DNA from: Iphione sp. A-MEVVRFRX5
Lineage: Eukaryota
Assembly: GCA_976226885.1 (NCBI GenBank)
Contig: OZ320313.1
Span: 116,064,001 to 116,128,000, forward strand
Direction of reading: 5' to 3'
Length of the DNA: 64,000 nucleotides
This document shows, piece after piece, positions 1 through 12,799 of the stretch. How positions within the stretch are numbered: position 1 is the first letter of the stretch; each line of letters opens with the position of its first letter. The notes beneath the pieces are model-generated. The model saw only the letters and a list, made by a program, of their open reading frames with translations, made no database searches and was not told the DNA's origin. The position numbers were made by a program, and so were the translations under genes.

Positions 1-99
1 ATATATCACTCGTAGTCCTCGTAACACTCAGGTAAATAGCGAAGGAGCCAACGACTCTTGAGTCAGCAAGGGCTGTCACCTACCTACTGTCCTCATTGC

Positions 100-2700
100 T
101 ATTTAATTAGATATACTCCTAGAATTAAGAACCTCTATTCACGGGGAGATCTCGATGTATCTGTTATACAATACTGTGAGATGTGAATAAACGCTTTCTC
201 AATTCTCTCAATTCTCAAAACCATCATCTCATCACCACAGTTTTATCATTCAAAGACCTAAATAAGTTAACTACTGTTGCTTGGTGAATCAGGCATACCA
301 TGTACATGTACGTCTATAGGGATATCGTATATACATACATTATATCGTAGATTATAATTTCTTTACACACAAATTCAAGAGGGCATCAATTTTACTGTTC
401 ACTGTGCTGCTTTTCGAAATTAGAGCTTTCTCTGTGTGCATCTAAGAGAATACTGCTGGGATATATCGTCTATCCCATTTCTTCCTCTATATTCCAAGTT
501 CATTAGCATCTACTCATTATCAGACGTGAGCTGTCTTCCTGTCATTGCACGTCAAAGAGTAGCGAGGAAGGAAAATCTTTCTGTATGAATGGTTCGGAGC
601 GACCGTGACGTTGAAATGTGTAGAAAGAGCGAGAAGCTGTAAAACCTAATGTCTAAATCGGTGAAAAGCTGAGATGGGACTGTCGTGGCGAACCGAATTT
701 CTTTGCTAAAGAACGACCCATTCATGTAGAAAAGAAAGTTACCAATGAGGTAAAAGCGGTACGCTGCTAGCTCCTAGAGTCAGCAAAACTAAATCATTGC
801 GAATGAGTGGACGATGGAGGTTATTGAGACCAATTAGGTTTCTGTGATAGTCTCCGTTCCTCGACCGTCTGTTCTTATCTCTGGAACGCAGAGGTAAGGG
901 CAGTGACTTGTGTATCATCATCCGAAGGCGAGTTTTCAAAATGTATCATTTGAGTCAGGAGCATCGAAATCCTAGATTGCCTGATATTCGAAATAGATTC
1001 CCTTATATATTCATATTAAAATTCCCGTCCACCTTCTCTCATACAACAGTGCATTTATCTTTACTTAGCTACTGAAGGACATCATGAAAATATGCAATAC
1101 TTGCACGACGTACGCACTGGGAATCCAGGGGAAGGTCAGAACCGATGGAAGTTTGCCATCATTATCAGACAACGAAGCTTGGTAAATAGGACTGTGTTTG
1201 TACATTTTTTAAGGAAACCCAATACGTGCATGGATTGAAAATTATCCGAGCCCGAGAATTGTAAAGGTACCCTGACATTGAATCGGCATTGGTCTTTTTA
1301 ATCCTCTGTCGATACCAATGATTCAGTCTGTTTTGACAAATTTCTGCTCCAGTGTTCGGTCTCACTGCGAGCGACATTCACTTGAAGGGAAGGGAAATTT
1401 ATAGGCACCATATTTCCAAGACTATCTACCAAGGCGCACATTATCACCCACATGGAACCTATAGACTAAACCAGTACTATCCCAGGGTGCAGCAGTACAT
1501 GGTATGCAACACTTCCGTTTCTAGGCTAAACAAAGGATTGTCAAGGCTGATTTTATGTATTTATAGACTGTGACAATTAAATCTTTAATCTCTATTTCAT
1601 TCATTAATTAATTAACAAAAGAGAAATATTCAAGCAGGAAATCTAAATCCTATCTTAAGATGTTTATTTTACAAGAATACTGTGCAGGTGAAGAATGAGT
1701 GATAATAGGGGAGTTAGCACATATTCCTTTAAGAATTTTAGGCTTGCTATAAAGAAACTATGAAGAGTTTAGATGTAAGCACTTGATCCAAAGGTAGTTT
1801 CACCTATTTATTTATCATACTTCTGTGATATAAAATAAAATCTTCTTCCAAGCATGTAAACCTTTCAATAAAAAGTCACAGATATACATAGAGTTTAGGT
1901 GCAACAGGAAGTACATGTAATGCATACCATGTGGAGCTCTTTACTGGTAGCAGAATTGGTTTGGCGAATAGTGTTTTCTACGGCGATGCCTTCCCGTCAT
2001 CACGCTAGCTACGGTAGTAAGAAGAACATGATAAATGCAATCAAACCTCTGGAGTCGCCGAAACTTCATTAACGATTGTTGGTGTTTCTTCACGTTTGTG
2101 TGTCTACATGCACGGTTCTCGGGAACACGAAAAAAAACAGTGACATATTTGCAATGTCCTCTAAGACGAAGTTCTCCTGTCCGAAGAATTAAAGATGGCT
2201 TTGTTACGACGAGTTCAAGGTACGTCGTCTGTAGCGCGAGAGAAACAGAATTTTATATGAGACAATATGGGCTTTACGATGGGCCCTTCTGGTGTTTTGA
2301 TCTCACATTTGGTAGAGGATCATTACCATATGTCGCCCCGCTTCTTTTAGCTTCCTCTCCTGAGCCGCCGGGGAAACAACCGGTCAATGGCTTTTTAGTG
2401 GGAGCCAATCAGTTCGCTGGTGGACGTCATTTCACATGAGCTGCTCTGTCGTGCTCGTGGCGAGCCTTTCAATGGCAGCTGTAAACGGCTGACGGCCATG
2501 CGCCCCCTGGAGCATGCCGCCTAATGAAGCAAATCAATATAATCGTTGAAATGAAGTGGCTTTATACAAAGAGCGACCACAAGTGAGGTGGTGGCCAAAA
2601 TAATAGGCATCTAGACAGCAAAGACGCAATTTGTACCTGAAAAGGCATTTTAATGAGCGGGAAACCAAATCTACTCAATGGTGCTACAATGAGAAGTTTT
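100..2700 (-). mobile_element. Heavily decayed non-LTR retrotransposon ORF2 (APE + RT remnants), CR1/L2 group
   Basis: ORF 1165-1377(-) ...QRIKKTNADSMSGYLYNS...YWVSLKNVQTQSYLP resembles the RT N-terminal block (K..A..I...L..LFNS...WK.A.V.P..KK...NYRP). Weak APE-like remnants lie at about 2000-2450. Many stops and frameshifts. Confidence 0.45.
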
Positions 2701-3129
2701 CTTAGATAAGCCGAATGAAGTATTAACTAAAGTTTCAATTCCCATACGCACGTGTACCCATATGTACGCGAAAAAAGTAGGCACTTCACAAATATTCACA
2801 TTTGCAGAAGACAGGAAAATGAAGTTTAAATACTTACGCATAGGGCTTAGTGGTAAGAAGAGAAACCCCCCCTTCAATTGAAGATTTTCCATTTCAAATG
2901 ATATGCCTCGATCAACAGCAAAATATTACCAGAATAACCTTATTTTACATGAAATTAGACGTCCTCCCGTAGGTCTTCAATCTGAATATAATGCAAGCTG
3001 AATCAGAATGTTTCCAGAGAGAGAGCCATGGTCTTCCCACAGTATAACTTCAAGGTGAATCGAGTCTGGTTAAGGACAGTTGTACACTGCGCATTTAGTA
3101 TAGTGCCGTGCATGCCTATGTAGCTTGTG

Positions 3130-3330
3130 AAAACTAATAGGCCCTCGGAGAACACCTTTGATTCCTTCACTCTACATTCCATGGGCGGGCGTCTAAAGCC
3201 AGCTTCCTCCACGGTACCAGCACTCACCTGCACACGTGGCTGGCCTACTAGTGGATGCTCCAGGCAAGGGTGGCCCGAACGTACTCATTCAGGAGGAAGC
3301 CGACAAGACACCTCAGACATCCAGGTGTGC
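3130..3330 (+). mobile_element. RTE-like LINE 3' coding fragment (decayed)
   Basis: Translation TRGWPTSGCSRQGWPERTHSG resembles the RTE C-terminal W.P..G.RSRGRP..T motif. Confidence 0.3.
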
Positions 3331-3749
3331 TTTCCCTCCTTCTCTACAGGAGGTCCCCCCACCAAGAGGCCTGTTACTCGCTCCACCATCTTCCACCACT
3401 TCGCCCCCTCTCATAATTTGAGGCCTTAACTGACAGAGAGCATAGATATAACGAGTTTAAACAAAAGAGATACATCAACGTGTAAAGTTTTCTTCCGAAG
3501 GGATCGCTTAGTCAACGCTTCCGCATGTGGGCCCCTCTTACTACCGCCTCCAAAGATACACCTATTTGGATTCAGCGGAGTATCTTGTAGGAAAGAAGGA
3601 ATCCGGCTTTATATTTCACTTAAACAAAAGGTGTTTGTGTTTAACATTATATCTCCCAGGATCTATGGATCTTATTTGCTAGAAATTTTATTTCCTTATT
3701 TTCGTGCTTTATTTACACAGTTTTATAAGTGCCTACATGTTACTGAGTT

Positions 3750-6700
3750 TTCCATTGATGTCACAGTATATGTACAATAATGCCTGTGTTCAGGCACTTA
3801 AATTACTAATATCAACTGGAAGCCTTATAGCCATAGTCACAGAGCATTGCATTTATAGATATTAGTTTGTTGTCAATCATTTGTCAGGTTTATTGCTTCC
3901 GGCCTCTAGTAAACAGTTTCCTATATTCTTGGTTTCAAAAGTATAAAATATATATGATACATGTCAAAATGCTGATTACCATATATCGTATGACTGAGAC
4001 GGCCTTTATATTTTATCATTTATCTTAGTATCAGATTCGGTTTTGTTATGGAGTGGAATGTGCTTAATGAGAAAACTCAAAGAAGAGATCACCTCCTCAA
4101 TGAGGACACTTTTTTCATAATGGTCATCTTTAAAATTCTGCGATAGGATCACTGTCCTCAATGATGCCATGAATGTGTTTTGACAGACCTTATGGTGGTC
4201 CAAGTAGAAGGACTTGTTTTGGTATCAACACTTATAAAGATGTCTGCATTTAATATTAGAGGAGAGGGTTTCCTTTAATACTAAACTGAGAGGGTATAGG
4301 TATGTCTTTTGTACAAAGTTATTACCAAGGTTTTGATATTTCGATAATATGTGTGGTTTGTTTCTGTTTCGGCTACAAAGTTTAGGAGGGGGAGTTTAAA
4401 AGACTTGGACTGCTACTGATGAATGTTACGTCAGTGAATACCTCATATTTCGAAACATGGGGAAAGGTTCTTTAGTATTAACTAGATATGAGTTATATTA
4501 TGCTTTGCTTAGAATAAGAAAGCCCAAAGTGTCTTCATTTACAGCTGTTTTAAGGGAGTTCCGCTCGGGCTTTCTTACGGTTTTAGTTAACAATCTCTGT
4601 GGGGTTGACTTTCTGATGCTTTGCAAAGAGGTGTGTACTTTTTGGAGCTGTATTTAACATTGCGTTACTGTAGTGCTGTCTTAACGCAATAAAACTTTAG
4701 GAGAATGAATCGTTTGAAATCATAAAACGTAAGCTGGCCGAGTATTCTAGCCTGGGGTACGCCCGCGTCAACTGTCTTTTTAGTAATAGACCTGATAGCT
4801 TTGTCTCTTTGGGTCTTGTGTTTAATCAGGATGTTAACCAGGACATTGTGCTTTCAAGATGGTAATTGTTTAATTTTAAAAGATGCATTTTATGATCCGT
4901 GCTGTCAAATGTTTTCCAATAATCAGTGAAGGTTGTGCCAGTCAGGCTTTGGTCATTCATCTTATCATGAATGAAATTATTCATGCGGATAATTGTCGTT
5001 AGTCGCAATTTCGTTTATTTCATATTTTAACTTTTTTTCTGATAGGTATACTGCTGGTAATTGTGCATCGGCATGCGTGTTTATTTGTCTAGGATAACTG
5101 TTCGGTGATGGATTCCCTTGTATTTGGGCGTTGTATTTCATGCTCTTATTATTCTTTCGCGGGTATTTTCCAGTTTCAACAGATTCGTTAAGAAATTGGG
5201 TAAAGACAGTAGCAAGAAAAAGCGCTCGATAGTTACTATTAACGAAGAACATATGGTTTTCAGTAATCAGGTCACTTCACTAATCCGGAATTATCCTAAT
5301 TATAGAAGGCCTACAAATATATCCAATCCAATATAATATCCCTCACTAATCCAACCTCCTCTCAATACCAGCCAAATCTGGATGATACCATTGGTGACCG
5401 GATCAGTGAGAATTCACACTATAAATATATACTTCTACAGGAATGATATGAATGAAGATACGTCCTGGATTAAAGCCACTGTCTGTATGTGCTCCTTCCG
5501 TACGTATGCTAACCTTATCATTTCATGATATCAGTGATTTTCCTTGCTGGAAGTGCTACTAGCCGTTGTTAGGACATGAGGTAGATCACGCAGTTTCGTC
5601 AGGAAAACGTCTCATCTACACAACCATGTTTGGAAACTTCAGGTTAGCAAGTCATAGACTGATTGCTCTGTAGCAATACGCCTTGCATGAATAAAAAGAC
5701 AATGGATTTCTCCTTGTTGCTGTAGGTGTATGCTAGGGAAGTCGATAATGCGATTTTGCAAACAGGACAGAAGGACGGAAAATAGTCACGTAAAATCGAG
5801 TTTGGTGGCTGTTGCTAGAGGCGCCATTCAGACTTTTGGAGATGTGTCGGTGGGTTGGCTATCACCTCTTAGTCGCCTGAAGCATACAGGGACCGGCAAA
5901 CACAGTCTTCTTCCAAGTGGCCTGTCAACACGGCATTGCCGGCAGTCGGCCAACATCTAAGGCTCGACTTATCAATGCAATCAAAGTTACATCTCTGATT
6001 CTGTGCCACGCAGGGCCTTGGAAGCACCGGAGCGGGACGAAGGGAGTGAGGCAACATAGACAGAGAGGGGTTGTTGGGCAAAGCAATAGGGCTGAAGAGC
6101 TGCGAGACGGATGGTCGGTTGGTGTGGGTACCAAGTCACTAGTTCTAGACTGTGTGAGGGGACAGGTACGTGTGGATTAGAAACCACAGTATGGTACGAT
6201 AAGACCGACTCGGCGCTTTCGGAAAAGAAAGGTTGGGCATACAAAATGATTGTCACGTCGACGATTAGGAAGTCCCTAATAATTAAAACTTTATTTTCAT
6301 CCTCAGTGAAAGAATTTCCCTCGTGGTCCCCTCCTGCCTGCAGCTAACACTAACATAAAAGGAACTGCTGAAGTTTAATTATCCAATCGGTCAAACCTAT
6401 CCCTCCAAACGTCCGCGTGCAATTTGCGGCGATACAATATCTACTTTTGAAACGAACCTCGAATGGCTCACGCCTCAAAGACTTGCTGTTCTCAGAGGGA
6501 AATCACTTGTGCTCAATAATGATCTCATTATAGCTTTCCCTTGGGGCAGCCACAATCGCCATTGGAGTAGTTCTGGCTTCCTTTAGCCGCCGTATTGGAA
6601 ACCATACAATGCCATTCCCACAACCAGGTACTGTTTCCTCTCTTGCTTATCGGCGGTTTAATGCCGTCTGGTGGCCGTAGCCCCCAAGTAGTATCCAGCC

Positions 6701-7700
6701 TAGAAGCAATGTTAGAAAGTCTGGGTTGCAGAGCAAAAGGAGAAGTCGAACATACAGGAGGACGACGAATTGGAAGAGGAGGATGAAGGAGGGCATGGCG
6801 AAGCGCGTATAGTTATTGGTGTGATATGATCCTCTTGTGTAATCAATATGCCTCCTGTGTGTGACAATAAAGCATGTTTAATGCACCAGTTGGCACCTTG
6901 GAGCGTGGCGGCGTTGTCCTGCGCTCAGACCCACGGTCAATATGGACCGGCACTGGTTCCCGCGTGACGGTGTAATGGCCTGATCACCAGATGGCATCAG
7001 TCGGCATCGAGTCAGGTCGTTTTCATACAGGCGAGGCACAATCAGTGAATGAAAACCGTCCCACCTCAGAGCAACCGTCTATGCTAACGGTAGAGAAACG
7101 CCACCTGACGACCGTCCGAAGTGTAGCATCAAGACCCTCAGTGCCTTAGAACGATGCAATTATTATCAATGCTAGAGACTTTCTAATGTCGAAGATACCT
7201 TCTTTCGGGAAATGTTTGTACCTTTCATAGGATAGGTTGTCATTATATGTATAATTCGTTCTATATGGTCGATAATTGCCATAGAGTCGATCCGGCTATA
7301 TATCTGATTACAGATCTACAGATGTCTCTCGTAAATGTTTGCTTCTAAGGTATTCATGACCTTTGAACAATATGGCCTCCTACTAGGAGCTCGAATGTCA
7401 TTCCAGTAACCCTAAAATACCTAGGACTATTCGAACATACTGGACCAGATCCATTACCCCATCCATATATATGCATCAAAGTCTCTTCTGTATTCAACGA
7501 CAGAGAATGGTCGAAACTGTTAAACTTTCATCTTTTGCCAAAATTTTCTTCAAGAAAACAGGTTTCCAAACATCACTACATGCGTTGGCAGCAATCCTTT
7601 CAGAGTCTTACGGTCTTCTTTTAATTTTCCTCAGACATCTTCTCCTGGCAGGACTCCCGGCCGTAGACAAACAAGTTGTGCAGGCGCGCCCAGTTTGAGC
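3750..7700 (-). mobile_element. Decayed, near full-length CR1/L2-group LINE (ORF1 remnant, APE, RT)
   Basis: Motifs are collinear on the minus strand. QYVRIVLGILGLLE (~7420) resembles ORF1 QYSRRNN.RI.G.PE. ENKVLIIRDF (~6280) and PTPTDHP (~6120) resemble APE GDFN and SDH. TQFLNESVETGKYP...GNPSPNSYP (4977-5252) and LTGTTFTDYWKTFDSTDHKMHLLKL...SWLTS (4826-5008) match RT. RGVPQARILG (~4760) matches GVPQGSILG. Confidence 0.75.
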
Positions 7701-8449
7701 AGTACATCTCTGCTCGTCCGATCTCTGGAACCTCATGCTGGTAGGGAATATGAGCAGCTCTAGACCAGCCTATCCCACTGCTCGACACGCGGAAGAGCAT
7801 GCGTCCTAAGTTGCGCCCCCGGCCGGGTCAGACCCGACGCGGGGGCTACCATTCCCTCACTGACTGCTCAGGCGCCGCTTGAAGCTTCCGGTTCGATGAT
7901 ACAGAACACCGAATGCCGGGTACTGCTCGATTTTTCATTTTCGCATAGGTCGTGCGTCGAGGAGATGATGAAGAGTACCCTCAGATGTCTGGTTTTAGTA
8001 AATACCGCAACTACAGAAACAGCAAAACCGCTGTGGCATGATCGTCAAGATCCGTTACCTGTCTGTCTGTGGAGGCCATGATACTAAGAACCTACGAACC
8101 AGAGAATAAGTAACATTATTGGATCATCTGTTGCAAGAAGTTAGAATATCGATCATAAGTACGCAAACTACCGCCTGCTTAGAAGTGCGTTTGTGAACAT
8201 CGTGTAGAAATAAGCCTTTATGTATATATGTGGCGAAGAAGAGAAACGAATCTTTCGACAACAAAAGAAATTGATGAAAACAGTAATAATAAACTTGAAA
8301 AAAACAGTAATAATACACTTAAACACAGAATATACGGTAGACTGAGGGTAAACGCAGGACAATCCAGGTGAGAGTATGTAGATCCTGCTATGTAGTAGTC
8401 GGATGTAAACTGCCTTGAAGATAAATTTAAACATGGACGAGGCAAGCTA

Positions 8450-8720
8450 CATAGAAGGAAACGTAGTACTGGAAAACCGCCCCATCACTCTCCGAAGTCT
8501 ACTCCAAACACGACGCCCAATTCCCTGTCTGAGGCCTCCCGCACCATTTCCTGGCCATCGACGATGGACATATTCTAACAGATTGTTTCTTCATGAGAGC
8601 AGAAGTTTGCTCAATACAGCCGGCGGTTTGATGGTTAGGCTGTCTCCACGGGAGGGGCTCTGATGAACGCCGCAGATTGAGCCCTGTTGGCCAGTATTGG
8701 GTGAGTTGCTCACGCCCCTG
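8450..8720 (+). mobile_element. RTE-like LINE 3' coding fragment (decayed)
   Basis: ITLRSLLQTRR followed by a frameshifted DDGHILTDCFF resembles RTE ..LLRQRRLRW.GHV.RM.DGRIPKD.LYG. Confidence 0.3.
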
Positions 8721-9299
8721 TTCTTTACCGAGCTCCTCTATATATCAGAGGCATGGGGCAAAGCATTCATTATAGAAACTTGCAGTCTTCAGGAAGGCCG
8801 GCAATAACATGAAGAGAGTATTGGGGCAGATGGAGGATCGTGATATCTGGTAACTCTAAGGGCACACAGAAAGCCTTGACTAATGTCACAGACCTGGGTG
8901 GATGTGGTGAAATATTGAGTACAAATAAATTTAATCCAGTTTTTTACGCTATGATAACCATTTGTGATAGTCGTCCTGGATGGAAAACATATATGAGGTT
9001 GTAATGTCAATACCAAATTTTTCAACACACGAGCTATTATACGTAAATGGGACCGGAAAGTTAGTTTGAGATGACCTTTAGAAGCTCCTGTATGACGCTT
9101 GCTCCCAACATGAGCCGCCTTTTCCTCAGAAGGTGAACCGACGTTTTACTTATGCACTGTCAGCGTAACGGAGCTTACATTAAATATAATTTACAGGCCT
9201 AGAACAAAACTAAAGAATACATTTAATTCAGTTCGTATATAAGTCTAAATGCTTTTTACTCATTCTTTTGCTTATTAGTCACACTAGGAAGCCTTTAAT

Positions 9300-11250
9300 T
9301 TTTTTCATTTTGGTTACCAGTTCTTATATGATTAGTTCCTCATCATTGATATAAGATGCATTCATTGAGAGAAGACAAAGGACTTGGGCGTAAGCACAGG
9401 GATGTGCATGTTATCGACGTTAGCCAAGAATTTCTCTAAAGTGTCTAATATGCCGAATCTGTTAATGATTCAGTTTATAGTGTGAACATTTCCATTTGCC
9501 ACATGTCATGGTATTGCCTTCTCCAGGTAGCTTGGTTAGTGTGTGTACACTGTACTATGTTCTGTTCTAATATAAAGACGTATGTCATTTGTGATAGGCT
9601 GGCATAAACATGACAGGACAACACATGCATTCTTTTTTCAGTACAGATTATACTATGCAGCAATTCAATTTTACCAGACATATTGACCAATGAACATTGA
9701 GTCTTTGTTTCTTTCCATTACCGCTCCCTTGAAACATATGAATGATATTTGTAAGCAAAATTCTGTTAGGATTTCTCCATTTTACAGCTATACTTCCTTT
9801 TATTTGAAACAAATGCTTATTGGTATAAATGTATGTACAATGGCACTTCGATGGAGGTTATCATAATGTCATGTTTTTGAGGTCAAGCTGGCACAACAAA
9901 TAGCTCTACTCAGACAGCACAGAATTGTGACAGATCCGAAAATGCGCCAAATACTGGTGTGTAGTATTAGCTTGGAAACATTCATGGCTTACGGCGTTGT
10001 CATCCTGTCGCAAGTGCTTGTCTTATCAGTGTAGAACAGCACAGCGGTTTACATAGTTCTGCAGACCAATCATATTGAGTATCGTGCCCGGGGAACGTCG
10101 AGTAGGAAAGAGGGAGGAGCAGTGAGAGGCAGCCAAGCAGACTATAGTGCGAACACTCTTGTCGACCACCAATCGCACTATATAGGTGGCTTCCTATTTA
10201 GAGACCAACTACCTCCTTTAAGAACTCCATTGATCATACCGAGTAACTCAAATACGGCTCATCTCTCACATGGCCCCGTCACTCATACGGTGTTGTTAAT
10301 GTCGCCTTTTCCTGAACCTATGATAATGTTCTGATAATGACGAATGATTCGATTCTCGGTGATTCCAAGGACCGCCTGGAAAATGAAGTCCCATTCTGAT
10401 GGAGGAAAATTGCTGTTGCAAGAAATTGCCGAGCTCTACCTGCTGCGAGTGATGGGTACGGTTCTTCGGTTGAAGGTTTTGTTTGTCTGCGGATAAACAT
10501 CGGTTTGATCGATATCATCTCCAGCTGTAAAGCGGTGTTTTCCTCATCGATGATGTGAACTGACAAGGACGGTGGCCTACTTGTCCCCACCTCCTTAATA
10601 CAGCAGATTCCGACCGAAGGCGCATACCTGTGGGCGCTATCGTTTTCTGTTTTGTACACAACACACTTATATCGGCCACTAGTGCAACCTTTAAATGTTT
10701 GATTATGTTTCCAAAGGTGCTTAAATATTTGATATATTATATGAAGCGACGATTTTGCCCATTTTCAAAGAGTGTTTTCTAACGTCACAACGTCCCCTTT
10801 ACTACAAAATAGGATATTCTCAAGTGTAAGGTTTAACTCTTTATTCTCTTTTATGCTAATGGAAAAGTCTACTCGCTTTAAAATCAATACGGCTTTGACT
10901 GACTCAGATTCCACGTCGAAAAAAAGTTTGAAATTGATTTCCATTGTGTACATTTCCTGTTCAAACCAATAGAGTTTTGCAAATGAAAACTGTCCCTCTT
11001 AAGTCGGCCAGCGCTTACATTATCAACACCTGTGAGAAAGGCCATTTCTGCACGTGTTCACCTCACTGACCCTCGAGCCAGTTATATCTGACCTGAGCTG
11101 CTTCTCAGATTGCCCGATATGAGTGCGATGCTGATGAGCCCCACTGTAGTTGGTCAGTTGGCCTGTGATGGCTCCCAGCGGTCTTGATTGCATATTAAGC
11201 GTAGATTTTCTCGTACTGAGGCCATCACAATCGCTCAATTGACTCAGGTG
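9300..11250 (-). mobile_element. Decayed LINE ORF2 fragment (linker + RT + C-terminal region)
   Basis: ORFs 10765-10953(-) and 10318-10659(-) carry linker-like and QNGTSFSRRSLES (Q.GFR..RST-like) remnants. Downstream RT C-terminal-like sequence continues to about 9300. Confidence 0.4.
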
Positions 11251-11694
11251 ACACGAATGTACTAGGACAAAGTATGTCCTGAGGCCTGGCTGCCACCTCC
11301 TTCACATAGTCACATTTGCCCCCCCCCCCCTTCTTTGCCTTGCTTGGCTCTCGCATACGGAGGTCGGGTCGCCTCTGCCTGCGCTGCATACCAAGTGACC
11401 GTTGAGCTCTTTCAGTCCGTTCGACAGTACTCGCCCTGCTTGTAGAAACGTGGCATTATGGCAAGGAGGGCCCCAGGGTGGAGCATTACCACACTCTGCC
11501 GCAAACGTTTGCTATAATTCAAGTTCATCCAGTGACTTCCGAGCTGCCGCAACCCTCTTTTACCCTAAATGCAAACATGTATATATACACTATGTACTGC
11601 GCTTCGCACTTGTACGAAGTGCCTGCCTCGTCTCTTGCGCACGTGGTGGCCGAGCTATCAGCCCTATCCATATATTTTAAGAACTGTTAAAACA

Positions 11695-12320
11695 GAAATG
11701 AAGTTTATTGCATAGTATTATTAATGGAATGATATCTTTAATGTATTGCTATGATAAGGGACTGATCTTACTGAATTATAAAGAGTTTTATCAAAGGTAC
11801 TTTTTTGCCTAAGGTCTCCTGCACCTTATAGTCATGTAAAAAAGAAATGTTTCTGCAAAATAAGAATTGATAATCCTGTCTGCAAATCTAATTTTCCATG
11901 CAATTTAAACTTTCTGTTCTTTGTATGAGTATATATATGCGACATTTTAGGTTTGCTGGTTGATAAAGTTCATTTGACCCAAGAAGTAGCATTGCAGGCT
12001 CTAGCGTGTAGTAAGATGGAGACGATTGGTTTATCCAAACCATCGGCATGTGGTCGTTTTTTTCAATGGAATTGATGGTAGTAGGCAGGTGTAAGCATTC
12101 CTCCCCATACCCTTCTACAGCGAACGTGGAATGTTCGGTTGTTTTTCACCAGACGTACTACCATCAGTAACAAATATCGTCTGCAACTGAATAACATCGC
12201 TATAAATAATTTAACAAAATGAACTTCTCCTGGTGCTAACGCGGATGCTATATTTGGTTACGTATTCTAAAAAACGAGTGTACGAAAAGAAATTTAAATT
12301 GTACTCGTTGATAACTTATA
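11695..12320 (-). mobile_element. Probable LINE 3' end/3' UTR
   Basis: AT-rich segment ending in AATAAA on the minus strand (TTTATT at ~11704-11709), with weak end-of-ORF2 resemblance near 12230. Confidence 0.3.
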
Positions 12321-12369
12321 TTTATCTGCATAAAAAATCAAATAGAACTTCGTTTTGATGAGGGAAGCT

Positions 12370-12660
12370 GGTGAATGGTAATGGTAAATGGTAAACCTTA
12401 CCTTTGATGCTTATCAGCAGCACCAGCTGCGTGAGGTAGAGACGCATCCATGGCAGCCATGCTGACCTATCCATCCCGGGAGTGACTTTCCTACGGGTTC
12501 CAGTCCTGTAAGATGGCCCGTTAGGGTTGTACCTCTCTGTCCGGCACCTCACCAAGTAGGTGCACCAGTCTTTGCAGGTTGCACAACCCGAATCGCGTAG
12601 CCGTGAAGTTTGCCAGCTTGCTGCGACTGTGAGGGGAACTAAGATGAAGGGCTGCTGTCA
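12370..12660 (-). mobile_element. RTE-like LINE 3' end with a short tandem tail
   Basis: Peptide ...YRTGTRRKVTPGMDRSAW resembles RTE G.R..GRP...A.DR..WR. It ends in a TTTACCATTTACCATTACCA tail on the minus strand (~12372-12391). Confidence 0.45.
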
Positions 12661-12799
12661 GGGGTAGCCACCGGTGTCGGCAAAGCTAATGTCCCTTTCG
12701 TTTCATTTGGTGACAACTGGCCATGAGTTGTTTTTGTTCAACAAAAAAACAGTGACGAATTTTTTTGCGCACCTCTCCAAACCCCGGCCTCTGATGCCA

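Noticed and set aside
7880-7900. tRNA or SINE B-box-like GGTTCGAT
   Set aside because: No A-box at the right spacing and no cloverleaf.
8124-8445. Hydrophobic minus-strand ORFs as a membrane protein
   Set aside because: They reflect an A-rich plus strand with a short local duplication (AAAACAGTAATAATA.ACTT twice).
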